DNA of 63,280 nt, the filler included, from Octopus bimaculoides (taxonomy: Eukaryota), in NCBI RefSeq assembly GCF_001194135.2. It is 6 parts of 5 records of this genome, joined end to end, with 100 filler letters (N's around TTAATTAATTAA, not from the genome) between each part and the next. Parts side by side here need not be neighbours in the genome. Positions count along the whole stretch, not along the records: positions 12,216 to 24,067 come from NC_068982.1; positions 24,168 to 31,826 come from NC_068996.1; 4 more parts are not named here. One strand, given 5' to 3'. A program made the translations under genes and the position numbers. Shown here one piece after another: positions 12,216 to 24,545 of this stretch. The notes under the pieces were generated by a model, which worked only from the letters and a program-made list of their open reading frames with translations, made no database searches and was not told where the DNA came from. Positions within the stretch are counted from its first letter, which is position 1. Each line of letters opens with the position of its first letter.

Positions 12216-12364
12216 TATATATATTCATATTCATATATTCATATAAACATATACTCTCATCTACACATATACATACACACACACAGATATTTGTACATAC
12301 AGATATATAGGTGTGCACATATGCATATAGTCACACAAGTAAGTATGAAGAGATGTGTCTTATA

Positions 12365-12715
12365 TCTTTTACTTGTTTCAAGCATTAGACTGTGGCTATG
12401 CTGGAGCATCACCTTGAAGATTTTTTAGTTGAATAAACTGATCTCAGTGACTTACTTTCTTCTTTTAAGCCCGGTTCTTAATCTATTGGGCCCTTTTGCC
12501 GAACCACTCAGTTAAGAGCACGTAAACACACCGACACTAATTGTCAAGTGGTGGTAGGAGACAAACACAGGCACAAAGACACACACACACACACACATAT
12601 ACAATGGGCTTCTTTTAGTTTCCATCATCCAAATTCACTCTCAAGGCCTTAGTTGGACAGATCTATAGTAGAAGACATCTGCCCAGAGTGTCACACAGTG
12701 GAACTGAACCCAGCC
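12365..12715 (-). mobile_element. tRNA-derived SINE (family A), CpG-decayed
   Basis: Reverse complement of the family A head, body and tail seen at 22945 and 62665. Confidence 0.75.
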
Positions 12716-13034
12716 ACGCCTATGAATGTTTGCAAAACGTACAAATAGACTCAATTTTGGTTTAACCCTTTAGTGTTCAGATTACTCTGTTAAATGTAAT
12801 ACTTTTTCACTCAAATTGTTTTGAATTAATCATGCATTATCTTATAGCTTTGATGTTTCAATGATGTGATTGTTTATTTTTAGAATGTCAATGTAGGTTA
12901 GGCATGGGAGGCTAGATATCGCCCGTTTGAATATAAAACATGTAGAATATTCGGGCCAGGTTAAATGTATAAAAATTTTTTTCTGATTTCAGTTAAACAA
13001 AATAATAATTTTTTAAATAAAAGCAAAAACTCAC

Positions 13035-13104
13035 TTTTAGTATCTTATAAGCTTGAGCCAACACTGCTTTTTTGTTTGGAGACAAGTTGATAACACAGTT
13101 GGAG
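13035..13104 (-). CDS. AS3MT: Arsenite methyltransferase exon (70 bp): (I)SNCVINLSPNKKAVLAQAYKILK
   Basis: Acceptor ttaattttAG and donor GTgagt; the phase 2 start completes the AT|C codon from the previous exon; contains the SNCV catalytic Cys motif. Confidence 0.93.
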
Positions 13105-13494
13105 CTAAAATTAAGACATAAAAAAAAGAATTCTGTTTAGGATGGCCTATGTTGTTTATATTACAGTATGTGAATTATCAATGTGTTTTAGCTTCTCTAT
13201 ATCAATTCAGTATATTTTACTGAAAGTATACACTTCTCCTTTGCCATTGGGACAATGCCTTTTCTAATTTGTTTGCTGGGGCTATGAGAAATGTTTCTTA
13301 ATGAAGATATATAAACAATAAAAATAAGGCATAAACTGGCACCTCATAAGTATCGACAATACTTTTATGATACAAAGCACTGTAATCAAGATAATTATAA
13401 ATGATTTATTTCTTCATATATGCATATTTTTCAGATGAATTTTTAGGTGATGAAACCTCCTGACATTTCTGAACTGAAGAAAGACCTATTTTAA

Positions 13495-13785
13495 CAAGAT
13501 TGTTGCCAGTGCCAATGGACTGGCTTCTGTGCAGGTGGCACGTAAAATACACCATTTCGAGCATGGCCGTCGCCAGTACCCGCCTGACTGGCCCTCGTGC
13601 CGTCGACACGTAAAAGCACCCGCTACACTCTTGGAGTGGTTGGCGTTAGGAAGGGCATCCAGCTGTAGAAACTCTGCCAAATCAGATTGGAGCCTGGTGT
13701 CGCCTCCTGGTCCACCAGTCCTCAGTCAATCGTCCAACCCATGCTAGCATGGAAAGCGGACGTTAAATGATGATGATGATGATTA
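13495..13785. mobile_element. (CAT/ATG)n-tailed SINE-like repeat (family C)
   Basis: The core TGGCGTTAGGAAGGGCATCCAGCTGTAGAAA is also at about 17860-18000, 18415-18660, 20570-20780, 23800-24067, 51085-51600, 53880-54070 and 57915-58040. Confidence 0.75.
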
Positions 13786-13991
13786 AAGAAAAAGATTTAA
13801 AAGAAAAGAATATTTAAACCCTGTAAAAATGAAAGGTAACTAAATCTCAATTAAAAAAGAAAAATGCATACACATACACACACACACTCACATACAATCT
13901 CTTGAAAAAGAAAATTAGCTTTTCATGTCTAGCTCAAAATGGTGATAAATTGAATAAGAATGTAGACACCTAGCTTTTCAAAGTTTTAGGC

Positions 13992-14323
13992 CAGGGTTGG
14001 CCAACCTGAGACCCACAGGCCACATGTAGCCTGCAGACTTCTATTTTGCAGCCCGCTTGATACTTTCTTGAAATGGGTTTATTTACACAAACATTTTTTT
14101 AATTTTATCAAAAATTAAAGATTGAAATGAAAAGTAAAAAAGAAAGATACTACCGTTTTTGCAATGATAATATTTCATGTTGAATCAACGATCATTTATT
14201 CATTATTGTAATAATAGCATGAGAAAGCAAAAATGCTTTCAATTCTGTCAATATAAAAGCGGCCCTCAAAAAACTTTCTGTGACTAAAGTGGCCTGCAAT
14301 GTAATTCGAGTTGGCCTACCCTG
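13992..14323. mobile_element. hAT-type MITE
   Basis: TIRs CAGGGTTGGCCAAC / GTTGGCCTACCCTG; 8-bp TSD ttttaggc/tttttggc. Confidence 0.7.
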
Positions 14324-15671
14324 TTTTTGGCTAAAACTAGTACAAATTAAGTGTTTTATTTTCAAAAATAGAACAGTTAAAGAATAAAGACAAACATACA
14401 AGATGACTTTATCTGAAACACAATTACTAATGTTAAAAATATATATATAATAGATGCATTATACTTCTTATTTTGAGAACAGATGTATTAGTTGAAGCAT
14501 AAAAGCTACTATACCTATAGGTGGAGTAGCTTTTACAAACATGCACACACCTACACATATTTTGTTACAATTAATTCCACTTATTTGCACCCAACAGTAC
14601 CCAGGTAGATAAAGCAAGGATATGAAGACAAGGAAAGCACCTGGCCCATCAGGAATCACAAATAATGAAAAAAGAGAGCTTCTAGCAATGTTATGAGGGT
14701 TGAGTAACCTTTCAAGCATAAAGGTCTATCATCAGAAGTGAATGGATTAGAAATGTAAATTTAAGAGACCCAGCTATTTTGATTGCCAAACAGACAGTGA
14801 CCCACTTTTATCAGGCAAATGTGATAGCAGCAACAGTTGCCCACAAAATGGTGTTGCCAGTGGTTGTAGAGACCATCCTAGAAGCCCTTGCTTTCATGTG
14901 TTTGAATAAGCAGTTCTCAAAGTGACCAGGTCTTCACCAAAAATATAGGTGCAATTTTATCAGCTCCTCATATTTTTATTAATGAAAAGTAAAAATAGAA
15001 TTCACATCCAAACCATCATTACACTTTTGCTGTGATTTTGTAGTAGTTAAAATTCTATTAGTTTTAAGAATAACAATTTGTTCACCCTTTTCAACCTATG
15101 CAAGTCTCCCCCAGAAAGCCTGGACTTCATTCAATATAGAACAGACTTAAATGACAGAAGTCAGTATTTCATGTTTAACCCTTTTGAGACAGTGTTTTGG
15201 TATGTGTAACCAAAAAGACCAAATTTTTTTTCTGTTGTGCATGTTGAAAACAAAGGATAAAGTAGTTAAAGCTACTTTATTAGTATGTAAAACTATATAT
15301 ATATTATATAATTTTATATTATATCTACTGAAAGATGATCTCTGATTGGTTATTACATTTCAAAGCGTTTGTTTCATTGGCCCGATGTTTCAGCCTCAAA
15401 GTCCTTTCAGCTTGAGCCGATCAATCAACCCAGGTGTCTCAAGGGGATTAAATATAACCAAATCTCAAGACAATCAAAATTATTCAAATTATTGTTATTA
15501 TTTCAATGAATTACAGATTATTAAAGTTCAGATTCTGGTTCTATTATATTTTACTGTTAATCACATTATAAATTTCTTCATAAATAAATCTTAATTGTAG
15601 AAAAGATTTGTAAAAAATATTGTTTTAAATCAAGCAGCAAAAGAGCACAGTTTTATTCTTTCCATTATTAA

Positions 15672-15891
15672 CCCTTTAGTGTTTAAACTGGCCATATTTG
15701 GCCAGAATATCATCCTTGTTTTATAGTCAAACTTATGAGATTCAGCCTCTCACACCTACTCGACAATGTCATTCTAAAGATAAATAATCACATCATCAAA
15801 ATCTTGAAGCTATGAGACAAGGCACAATTAATTCAAAACAATGTGAATAAATAAGTATTACATTTGACAGAGTAATCTAAACACTAAACGG
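15672..15891. mobile_element. piggyBac-type MITE
   Basis: TTAA on both sides; TIRs CCCTTTAGTGTTTA / TAAACACTAAACGG. Related copies at about 12766-12960 and 19243-19454. Confidence 0.75.
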
Positions 15892-16189
15892 TTAACTCCT
15901 TTAGCCTGTGATTGACTCAATGAAATATTTTCATTAATCCTCATGACCCTTAGATGTTACCATTGATTATCTTTCATCTTTTATTTGTTTCAGTCATTAG
16001 ACTGTGGCCATGCTGGGGCACCACCTTCAAAAATTTTAGTCAAGCAAATCAATGCCAGCACTTATTTTTTTGAAATAGGCACTATCATATCAATCTCTTT
16101 TGTTGGTCCACTAAGTTATGAAGACGTAAACACACCCACACCAGTTGGCAAGTGGTAACAAAGTGATAAATACATACACACACACACTG

Positions 16190-17360
16190 CTCTCACAAAC
16201 GAGAATAAAAATGAACTTCTGAACTTCTTGAAGGTCTTTGATTCAGTGCATTAAGAAAAGATAACCAAAATACTGAGTACCTATGGAATAAGGAAAGAAA
16301 CAACAGCTGCAATCTTGATGCTGTATAAGAATACAAAATCAATGGTGCAATCCCCCAATGTTGACATAGACTCTTTTGATATTCAGGTAGGAGTACTACG
16401 GGGCAATGCACTAGCACCCTAGTAAACTAAAAGAAAGAGATAGTGAACTAAAAGAAAGAAATCATTGATGCTGATTTTGAGGACAACTTTGCACTGTTTG
16501 CTGATAAGGTAACAAGTGCTGAAAAATTGTTGCATGCACTAGAAGAGGCAGCTTCTATGATCAGTCTATGTGAATGCTGGGAAGGCTAAATGTGTATGCT
16601 TTAACTAGAATGGCCAGATCAACTTGTTGAGTGGTACACCTCTGAAGAAAGTCATTTCACTTATCACAGAAGTGATATCTTATCCACTGAGAAAAATGTA
16701 TCAACCTGCATTGCAAAAGAATAGGGTGTCCTGAACCAATTAAGAATGATTTGGAAATCTACTCTGCCTGACAGGATGAAAGCAAATTTTTCAGAGCCAT
16801 AAGAGAATTAGTTCTCCCTTACTTTCTGAGTTCAAATTCTGCCGAAGTTGACTTTGCTTTCATCCTTTCGGGGTCGATAAATTAAGTACCAGTTGTGTAC
16901 TGGGTCAATCTAATCAACTGGTACCCTCCCCAAAAATTTCATTTCAGGCCTTGTGCCTAAAGTAGAAAAGAATTAGTTCTTCCTAATGTTTCATCAGCAT
17001 GAACTCTGACAAATAAAGAAAGCAAGCTTGATGGGACCTATATACACATGTTGCATGCTGCTCTCAACAAATCATGGAAACAACATCCAATGAAAGACGA
17101 GCTTTATGGAAATATCTCCAACATATATCATCAATCATTCATGAGCTGAGGACAAGATATAATGGTAACTGCTACCGAAGCAAAGATAAATTAGTGAGTG
17201 AGCTCCTTTTGTGGATCCTGAACCACAGGAATTCTCATATTGGACAACCCAAAATGACATACATTGATCAACTCTTGTGATGTTGAGTTACATATATATG
17301 ACATTGAAATACCATGTAAGACGGGAATGGTTGGAGAGAAAGTGTGATTTTTCAGGAAAT
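16190..17360 (+). mobile_element. Highly decayed non-LTR (RTE-like) retrotransposon RT/3' fragment, with a SINE B insert at about 16820-16980
   Basis: Remnants resembling GVLQG..LAP, a YADD-like DFEDNFALFAD, HALEEAAS and a RRLRF.GH-like region. Confidence 0.6.
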
Positions 17361-19003
17361 CCACCTGAAACAAGAGGCATGTGTAACAAAGTCACAGTAA
17401 CTTATTACTGACTATATGCTGAACTCAAATAATTTATTGCAATTTCTGCTTATGTCAATGTGTACCTGAATGTTACTTATATAGGAACCTTAACTATACA
17501 ATGAAACCAAAAATATAAACAGAATTTTTAATATAATGAATGCAAAATTTTTTTTTTAAATATCCACAAATCAAAATAACATTTTCTACACATCTTAATA
17601 GTTTGCTGATAAAGGACACTAGGCCCCTTCATTTCCAAGTATGAGAAATTTTTCACAATTGTTCAACTATGAAAGCAAAATGAATGTCAATGGAAAAACA
17701 TATCCCAAAGAGTTTTGCAGCTTTTATAAAATGCATCATCATCATCATCACCATCACCATCACCATCACCATCATCATCATCATCCTCCTCCTCCTCCTC
17801 CTCTAAGCATTTACAACACAATTGACTAGTTAATCATTGGTTGTATTCTGAACCAGGTCACATACCATCATCATCATAATCGTTTAACATCTACTTTCCA
17901 TGCTGGCATGGGTTGGACGGTTTGACTGAGGACTGGCAAGCGAGGAGGCTGCACCAGACACCAATCTGTTCTGGCAGAAATGGTTCTTCAGTAGATCTGT
18001 ACAAGTTTACAAAACTTGTACAGATCTACTGAAGAACTATTCTTCTATGTTATTCACTAGTTACCTTTCACCCTTGAGGAATTTAGTCAAAGCAGTATTG
18101 CTACCTTCAATAACAGCAGAACTTCTGATTATTTCTGGCTGGCACACAAATCTCTTGTTGAAATTCTCTACTTATAGACTTTATCTATTTCTCATTTCTT
18201 AGATCAATAGCTCCTTGTCATGTCACAGAATTATGACATAGACTGATAGAGATTTCTCTAGTCTTGAACAATCCCTTCCTTAGGAGTAAAGGTAGCTGTT
18301 ATCTCAGGACAGCTTAATCAATTAAATTTATATTCTAACTGACCAGATCTATTCTATGGTCAATGTTCCTAAATTTCTGGAGCAAATCATTCATTTATAC
18401 CCATCATACTTGAAATTCATCATCATCATCGTTTAACGTTTGCTTCCTATGCTGGCATGGGTTGGACAGTTTGACTGAGGACTGGCAAGCCAGAAGGCTG
18501 CACCAGGCACCAATCTGATCTGGCATGGTTTCTACAGCTGGATGCCCTTCCTAACGCCAACCACTCCAAGAGTGTAGTGGGTGCTTTTTATGTGTCACAG
18601 GCATGAGGGCCAGTCAGGAGGTACTGGCATCGACCATGCTTGAATGGTGCTACTGTGCACATAAAATACTTTTATCAACTCAGGTGTAGTCCAGGGTTTG
18701 TAGCCCTCATCCAACACATCAGTGATCAATTTGCCATCACCTCCAACAACAGCCATGTTTTAATTATGAGCCTACACCATCAAGTTTACTCTTCTATTAT
18801 GAGTCAGCATTTAACTGGGCCCTAAACAATAACAACCACTCTACAGCAAGGTCGAACAACCAGCAAAAGTATCTTAACAAGGAATACTTTTTATTCAGGG
18901 TTATATATAAACTGATATATAAAATAAGGGTTATAGAATCCCCTGCAAATAGTGTTTTGGAATACAATTTTGAAGTGATTAAAATAAAAATCTATATACA
19001 TAC

Positions 19004-19140
19004 ATAATGATGTCAAAATAATTTTCCTTGAGGCCTGCATCTGTAAGGTGTTCGATATAGCCCTTAACAAATTTAACATTTGAGGTTTTGTAGTCATAGA
19101 GTTTGGTGTGGTAGTCTATATACTGATTAGCAACATCAAG
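19004..19140 (-). CDS. AS3MT: Arsenite methyltransferase exon (137 bp): LDVANQYIDYHTKLYDYKTSNVKFVKGYIEHLTDAGLKENYFDII(I)
   Basis: Acceptor ttctccttattccAG and donor GTatgt; phases 0 and 2 match the neighbouring exons; AS3MT-like NVxFxxGYIE and FDII motifs. Confidence 0.95.
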
Positions 19141-19469
19141 CTGGAATAAGGAGAAATATATATGCATAAGACATTGAAATTCAGGTGCATTTATGATTAA
19201 TTTTACTTGTGAATATTTCTGTTACAGATTCAGTTTCTTTAAACCTGTAGCATTTAAAACAGTCATATCTGGCCCAAATAAGCGACCTGTTTTATGTTCT
19301 AACCAACTAGATCCAGCCTATCACATCTACCCTTCAATGCCACTATAAAATATACAATTTCATTTGGTACATTTTGTGGCTACTTGGTTTTACATTAAAA
19401 ACAATGTGTATGAAAAAGTATTACATTTGACAGAATCATTTGAATGCTAAAGGGTTAAACTGATTTATA

Positions 19470-20530
19470 ATGAAACTTGAATGCCATCCATCCATCTTTT
19501 CTATTCACTATTCCTGAGAAATTTTTGTGGGTAGAGTCCTCAGGTACCTCCTTCATTAGGGTCTTATCAGAAGCAACCTTCTGGTTGCATTCCCAACCAT
19601 GACCAACTAGACTACAGATATTATCCAACCCTCTCATTCTTGATCTACCCCTAAGTCTTCTGCCAGTTGGTTTGGCTGGAAGAGTCCATCATGCATTTCT
19701 TCCCTGCAATGTTCTAATTTCATGGCCTTTGTGCCAGAGCTGTGACTTCTCAATGTAGAGAAATAGCAGCTCAACCTGGAGAGACATCTTGATCCATGCA
19801 TCCTATCAAGTAACGTTACTTCAAAGACCCTTCTGGGGAACCCCCATTTCAGCCGCTTGTTTTCACAGTCATACAATTTCAGTCATTACCCAATACTCGT
19901 GACCGTAGATGAGAATAAGCATGGAAACTGAACTGAAGATAACAAATTTGGGATCTTTTTTAAAACGGGGGCCACATTTTTCATTAACGAAACACTTTGA
20001 AACTTGGAACACTGGTAGAATGTGTCATATAAAACATCTTTTTCTCTTAGTCTTCTTAAAAAAAAAAAGAAATCCATAAGTTATTCCATGTTGAAGTTGT
20101 CGTATTTCTGTAATTTCAACCAATCACTGACGTCCATTCAGCCGATATACATTAAGTGCCGACTACATAAACAAACGATTCTGAAATAATTAACCCTAAC
20201 CCTANNNNNNNNNNAAATGTAAACAACTGAATACTTGTCAGTGATTGGTTGAAATTATCGAAATAAGACAATTTTTTACATGAAATAAATTCGAATACAA
20301 AAATATTTTTCTGTTCTATAACACAAAATAGATAAGTATACGAAGTTTGAAAGTCTTTCGGTACCAAAAACACTACGTAAAACATTAATGAAAAATGTGG
20401 CCCCCCGTTTTAAAATAGATCCCAAATTTGGTTTTTTTGCCAGCATCTACTCTTCTGAGGATTGAATGCTGGATCAAGTACATTATTGTGCCAGCAGTTG
20501 CAAATTTAACATCCAATTCAGCCTCCTGTT
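19470..20530 (-). mobile_element. Decayed RTE-like LINE 3' fragment split by a MITE
   Basis: RT C-terminal-like text (ENKRLKWG, LLDRMHGSR) continues on both sides of the MITE TSD. Confidence 0.55.
19951..20422. mobile_element. Merlin-like MITE, second copy
   Basis: TIRs GGATCTTTTTTAAAACGGGGGCCACATTTTT / AAAAATGTGGCCCCCCGTTTTAAAATAGATCC; perfect 8-bp TSD CAAATTTG; interior homologous to the 5932-7703 copy, including TAACCCTAACCCTA. Confidence 0.88.
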
Positions 20531-22096
20531 TTCCCCATCATTCGTAAATACTGCCCCATCAACATCATCATCATTTAACGTTCGTTGTCCATGCTGGCAT
20601 AGATCAGATGGTCTGACCGGGGCTGGCAAGCTGGGTGAGGCTGCACCAGACTCCTGTCTGATTTGGCATGGTTTCTATGGCTGAATTTCCTTCCTAATGC
20701 CAACCACTTTACCGAGTGTGTTGGGTGCTTTTACATGGCACCACACTGGCTCTTTTACATGGCACTTCCACGACTGCCCCAAGATACTTAAACTTCACTT
20801 GTCTCAGAGAATTGAATAGAAAATTTTATTGCTTCACCAGACGGATTTGTATATAGATTTGTAATGAATAAAATTCACTTTTAGCCTCTTAGCATAGAGA
20901 TTGTACATATGTATCATCTCACAGTTGCTGCATCATCTTTGGTAAGAATGCAACCTAATTTAGTAGAGTTAGTAAAGAAATTACAAAAAAATACCTTACA
21001 CATGGATACAATATATATCCAACAGTAGACTTTGAACTAATATTTGAGACAATAAAATAATCCAGTACTTTAGTTTTAATGCATGCAAACAAATTAGAGC
21101 ATAGAACAAAATACTTTGTGATTTTCATTATAGCTCTCTGCACTATGAGTTCATATTCTGCTGGGGTCATCTTTGCTTTTTATTCCCTTGAGGTCTATAA
21201 AATAAAGTACCAGTTAAGGGAGTGAAGTAGCAGAATCTTTAGAGCATCAGAAAAGATGTTTTGCAGTATTTCTTTGACTTCTTGGTGCTGTCCAACTTAA
21301 CACCATCACCTGGTCATAAGATGCCTTTTGCACAATACATTCAGCTGCAAATATACAGACCAGGTCTCCAATTTGAAGATTACTTACACCAACCAGTCTT
21401 GGAAACCATAAAAAATAAATGGCCACAGATACTACTTTTTCCTCACTAACAACATGGTAAAAAACCCACAAACAAATACAATCACTTTACTTTTTATATT
21501 TTTATATTTGGGGTGGGGGTGGGGATTTAGTCTGGGGGACAGTGACAGTGCTCATTGCCTTTCTACACTTCATTTGGGGACAGGGATAGTTAGAAAAGAT
21601 TTATGTGAAGAGGGTTCATATATGTCATTAAAAAGCTTGCTTTGCGACCATATGGATTAAGGTACATTCCCACGGCATGACAAATAGGCCAAATACAATC
21701 GACTGTAGCTTTGTATAACCAAAGCTTAGTGATAGACAAAAACTGTGTAAATATTCATCATATGTATACACACAGGGTAGTGGAATGCCAAGGTTGTTAG
21801 AACACTGGGCAAAATATGTTGGTAAAATGGCCTAGTGTCTAGAGAGTTGGGTTCATAAACATTAGCATGTGGGTTCAGTTCTTGGACTAAGCAGTATGTT
21901 GTGCCTTTGATCAAGTCACTTCCTTTTCTGATGTCTCAGTCTACTCAGTTGAAAATGAGCGCTAATGGCAGCTGGAGCTATCTCTGCAACAGACAAGCAT
22001 CCAATTCAGTGGGGCATATGATACTTTTTGTTGCCCAAATGTCTTGGAAATCTGGATAAGCAAAGGTCACATGAGCCTATAGGGAGAGTGAGGGAG

Positions 22097-22137
<41 letters not shown>

Positions 22138-22185
22138 TGAATAAAGTACTTTGCGATGTTTGTTTCAACACTTTATGCTCTAAGT

Positions 22186-22380
22186 CAGGTGTCCCAAACT
22201 TCTTAATAGATCACTGACCCCTTCACAGAATCCTTGACTTCTCTTGATCCCCAAGCATTTACAAGAAAAAAAAAAAAATAATAATAATTAAGTAGATGTA
22301 CAGTTTCCAGGCATTTATCGACCCCTTGAATAGTCCAATCAACTCCCAGGGGTTAATATCGACCACTTTGGAGACCTCTG
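22186..22380. mobile_element. Probable hAT-type MITE
   Basis: Imperfect CAG...CTG termini; 8-bp TSD ctctaagt/ctctcagt. Confidence 0.5.
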
Positions 22381-22944
22381 CTCTCAGTTCATCTGTGACA
22401 ACACAGGAACGAAGCTATATGAGATCTTGTTTAGACAACCTCAGAGGCATGGAGAAGGAAAATGCAAGTCAAGCTGCAGTAGACCTACCCTTTGGGCAAC
22501 ATCAGTGGCCTGAAGCGAGGAGACTTACAGCATGCATGAATAAGAGTTTTAATAAAAATAAAGAAACAACTTTGCCCCAGGCTGTGCCTGGGGGAGGAAA
22601 TTTCCAGACACCTATATAAAACCAAATTGTAGAGAACAAATTGTAAAAGCAAAATTGAAGTTGTTTTTTTATAAAGCTAATCAATTCTGCCTCCCATACT
22701 ATGTTGTGTGTGAAAGCAATGGAGACTTGGCATAGGACAACTGGCCACATTCAACAGCATTAGGTCACTTGTGAGGTTATCGCTACAGATTTCCTATAGA
22801 AATTATAGCCAGCATTGATTGTGTTAGGTTTCATATCTGAGACGCCAGATATAGAACATTATAACAAATTCAGGGCTGGCTATAATTTCTATCCAAAAAT
22901 CTGTAGAGATAACCTTAACAAGTGATGTAATAACACTGCTAACA

Positions 22945-23093
22945 TAGGTGCAGGAGTGGCTATGTGGTAAGTAGCTTGCTTACCAACCACATGGTTCTGG
23001 ATTCAGTCCCACTGCATGGCACCTTGGGCAAGTATCTTCTACTATAGCCTCGGGCCGACCAAAGCCTTGTGAGTGGATTTGGTAGATGGAAAC

Positions 23094-23124
<31 letters not shown>

Positions 23125-23340
23125 ATATGTTTGTGTGTCTGTGTTTGTCCCCCCAACATCGCTTCGCAACCGATGCTGGTGTGTTTACATCCCCGTAACT
23201 TAGCGGTTCGGCAAAAGAGACCAACAGAATAAGTACTAGGCTTACAAAGAATAAGTTCTAGGGTCGATTTGCTCGACTAAAGGCAGTGCTCCAGCATGGC
23301 TGCAGTCAAATGACTGAAACAAGTAAAAGAGCAAAAGAAT
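22945..23340 (+). mobile_element. tRNA-derived SINE (family A)
   Basis: Pol III box A (TGGCTATGTGGT) and box B-like (GGATTCAGTCCC) head, internal (TA)n/(TG)n, tail AAGTAAAAGAG. Confidence 0.85.
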
Positions 23341-23556
23341 AGTAGAACACAGAACTGACTTTAAAAAACGTTTAATAGACTTTGTAGTATATTATAGTTG
23401 CATAATGAAATATCACGTCCCTACAAGTCATTAAAAGCATTAGGACATGTTCAGAGCACATCAAAAATAGAGCAGCATTTTACAAAATTTGTGCAAGAGT
23501 ACAACTAAAATTGCAAAGTCCTAGAAAAATAAAAGAAGAATCTAGATTTGTCTTAC

Positions 23557-23707
23557 CTGTTCTTGTGTCATATCAATACCAACTATGTAACCATCAGTTC
23601 CAACCAGTTTTGATAATGCAAAACAATCTTGTCCACTTCCACTTCCCAAATCAAGGATCTTCATGCCTTCCAGGCTTTCAGGAATCACAAGTCCACATCC
23701 ATAATAC
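23557..23707 (-). CDS. AS3MT: Arsenite methyltransferase exon (151 bp): YYGCGLVIPESLEGMKILDLGSGSGQDCFALSKLVGTDGYIVGIDMTQEQ
   Basis: Acceptor tattttattcAG and donor GTaaga; YYGCG motif, SAM-binding motif I (ILDLGSGSG) and VGIDM. Confidence 0.97.
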
Positions 23708-24167
23708 CTGAATAAAATACATATATGTATGATTGTGTGCATCTATGTATCTATCTATATAAATATACAGAGTGTGTAAGATATTTGAGGACAGGTTTCA
23801 TCATCATCGTTTAACGTCCGCTTTCCATGCTAGCATGGGTTGGACGATTTGACTGAGGACTGGTGAAACCGGATGGCAACACCAGGCTCCAGTCTGATTT
23901 GGCAGAGTTTCTACAGCTGGATGCCCTTCCTAACGCCAACCACTCAGAGAGTGTAGTGGGTGCTTTTACGTGTCACCCGCACGAAAACGGCCACGCTCGA
24001 AATGGTGTCTTTTATGTGCCACCCGCACAAGCCAGTCCAGGGGCACTGGCAACGATCTCGCTCGAAANNNNNNNNNNNNNNNNNNNNNNNNNNNNNNNNN
24101 NNNNNNNNNNNTTAATTAATTAANNNNNNNNNNNNNNNNNNNNNNNNNNNNNNNNNNNNNNNNNNNN

Positions 24168-24545
24168 CAATACCAGCAGATGACAACGTTTCTCTAAAAG
24201 AAATGGAAAAACTTTCAAAATACAAAGACCTGGAAATAGAGATAACTCGAATGTGGAATCTAAAAACAGAAACAATTCCTATCATAGTAGGTGCCTTAGG
24301 TATAATAAAAAAATATTCAGACAAATACATAACAAAAACACCAGGACTTACAAATATATATAACATACAGAAAATTGCACTACTGGGTACTGCACACATT
24401 CTACGCAAAACACTTTCAATACAGTAAACATAAGAGCACCACAGCAAACCACAGCACATACCCAAGGCGCACAGAGCTGCGCTCGGTAGTGAAGTGAAAG
24501 CACGTTATAAAAATAAAACTACTGAATAATAATAATAATAATAAT
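24168..24545 (+). mobile_element. R4/Dong-like non-LTR retrotransposon 3' end (RLE domain, 3' UTR, (TAA)n)
   Basis: KYKDLEIEITRMW..TIPIIVGALG..QKIALLGTAHILRKTL*, followed by a short UTR and AAT repeats. Confidence 0.85.

Noticed and set aside
22945-23020. tRNA-like A/B boxes
   Set aside because: These are heads of SINEs; no cloverleaf or acceptor stem for a real tRNA gene.
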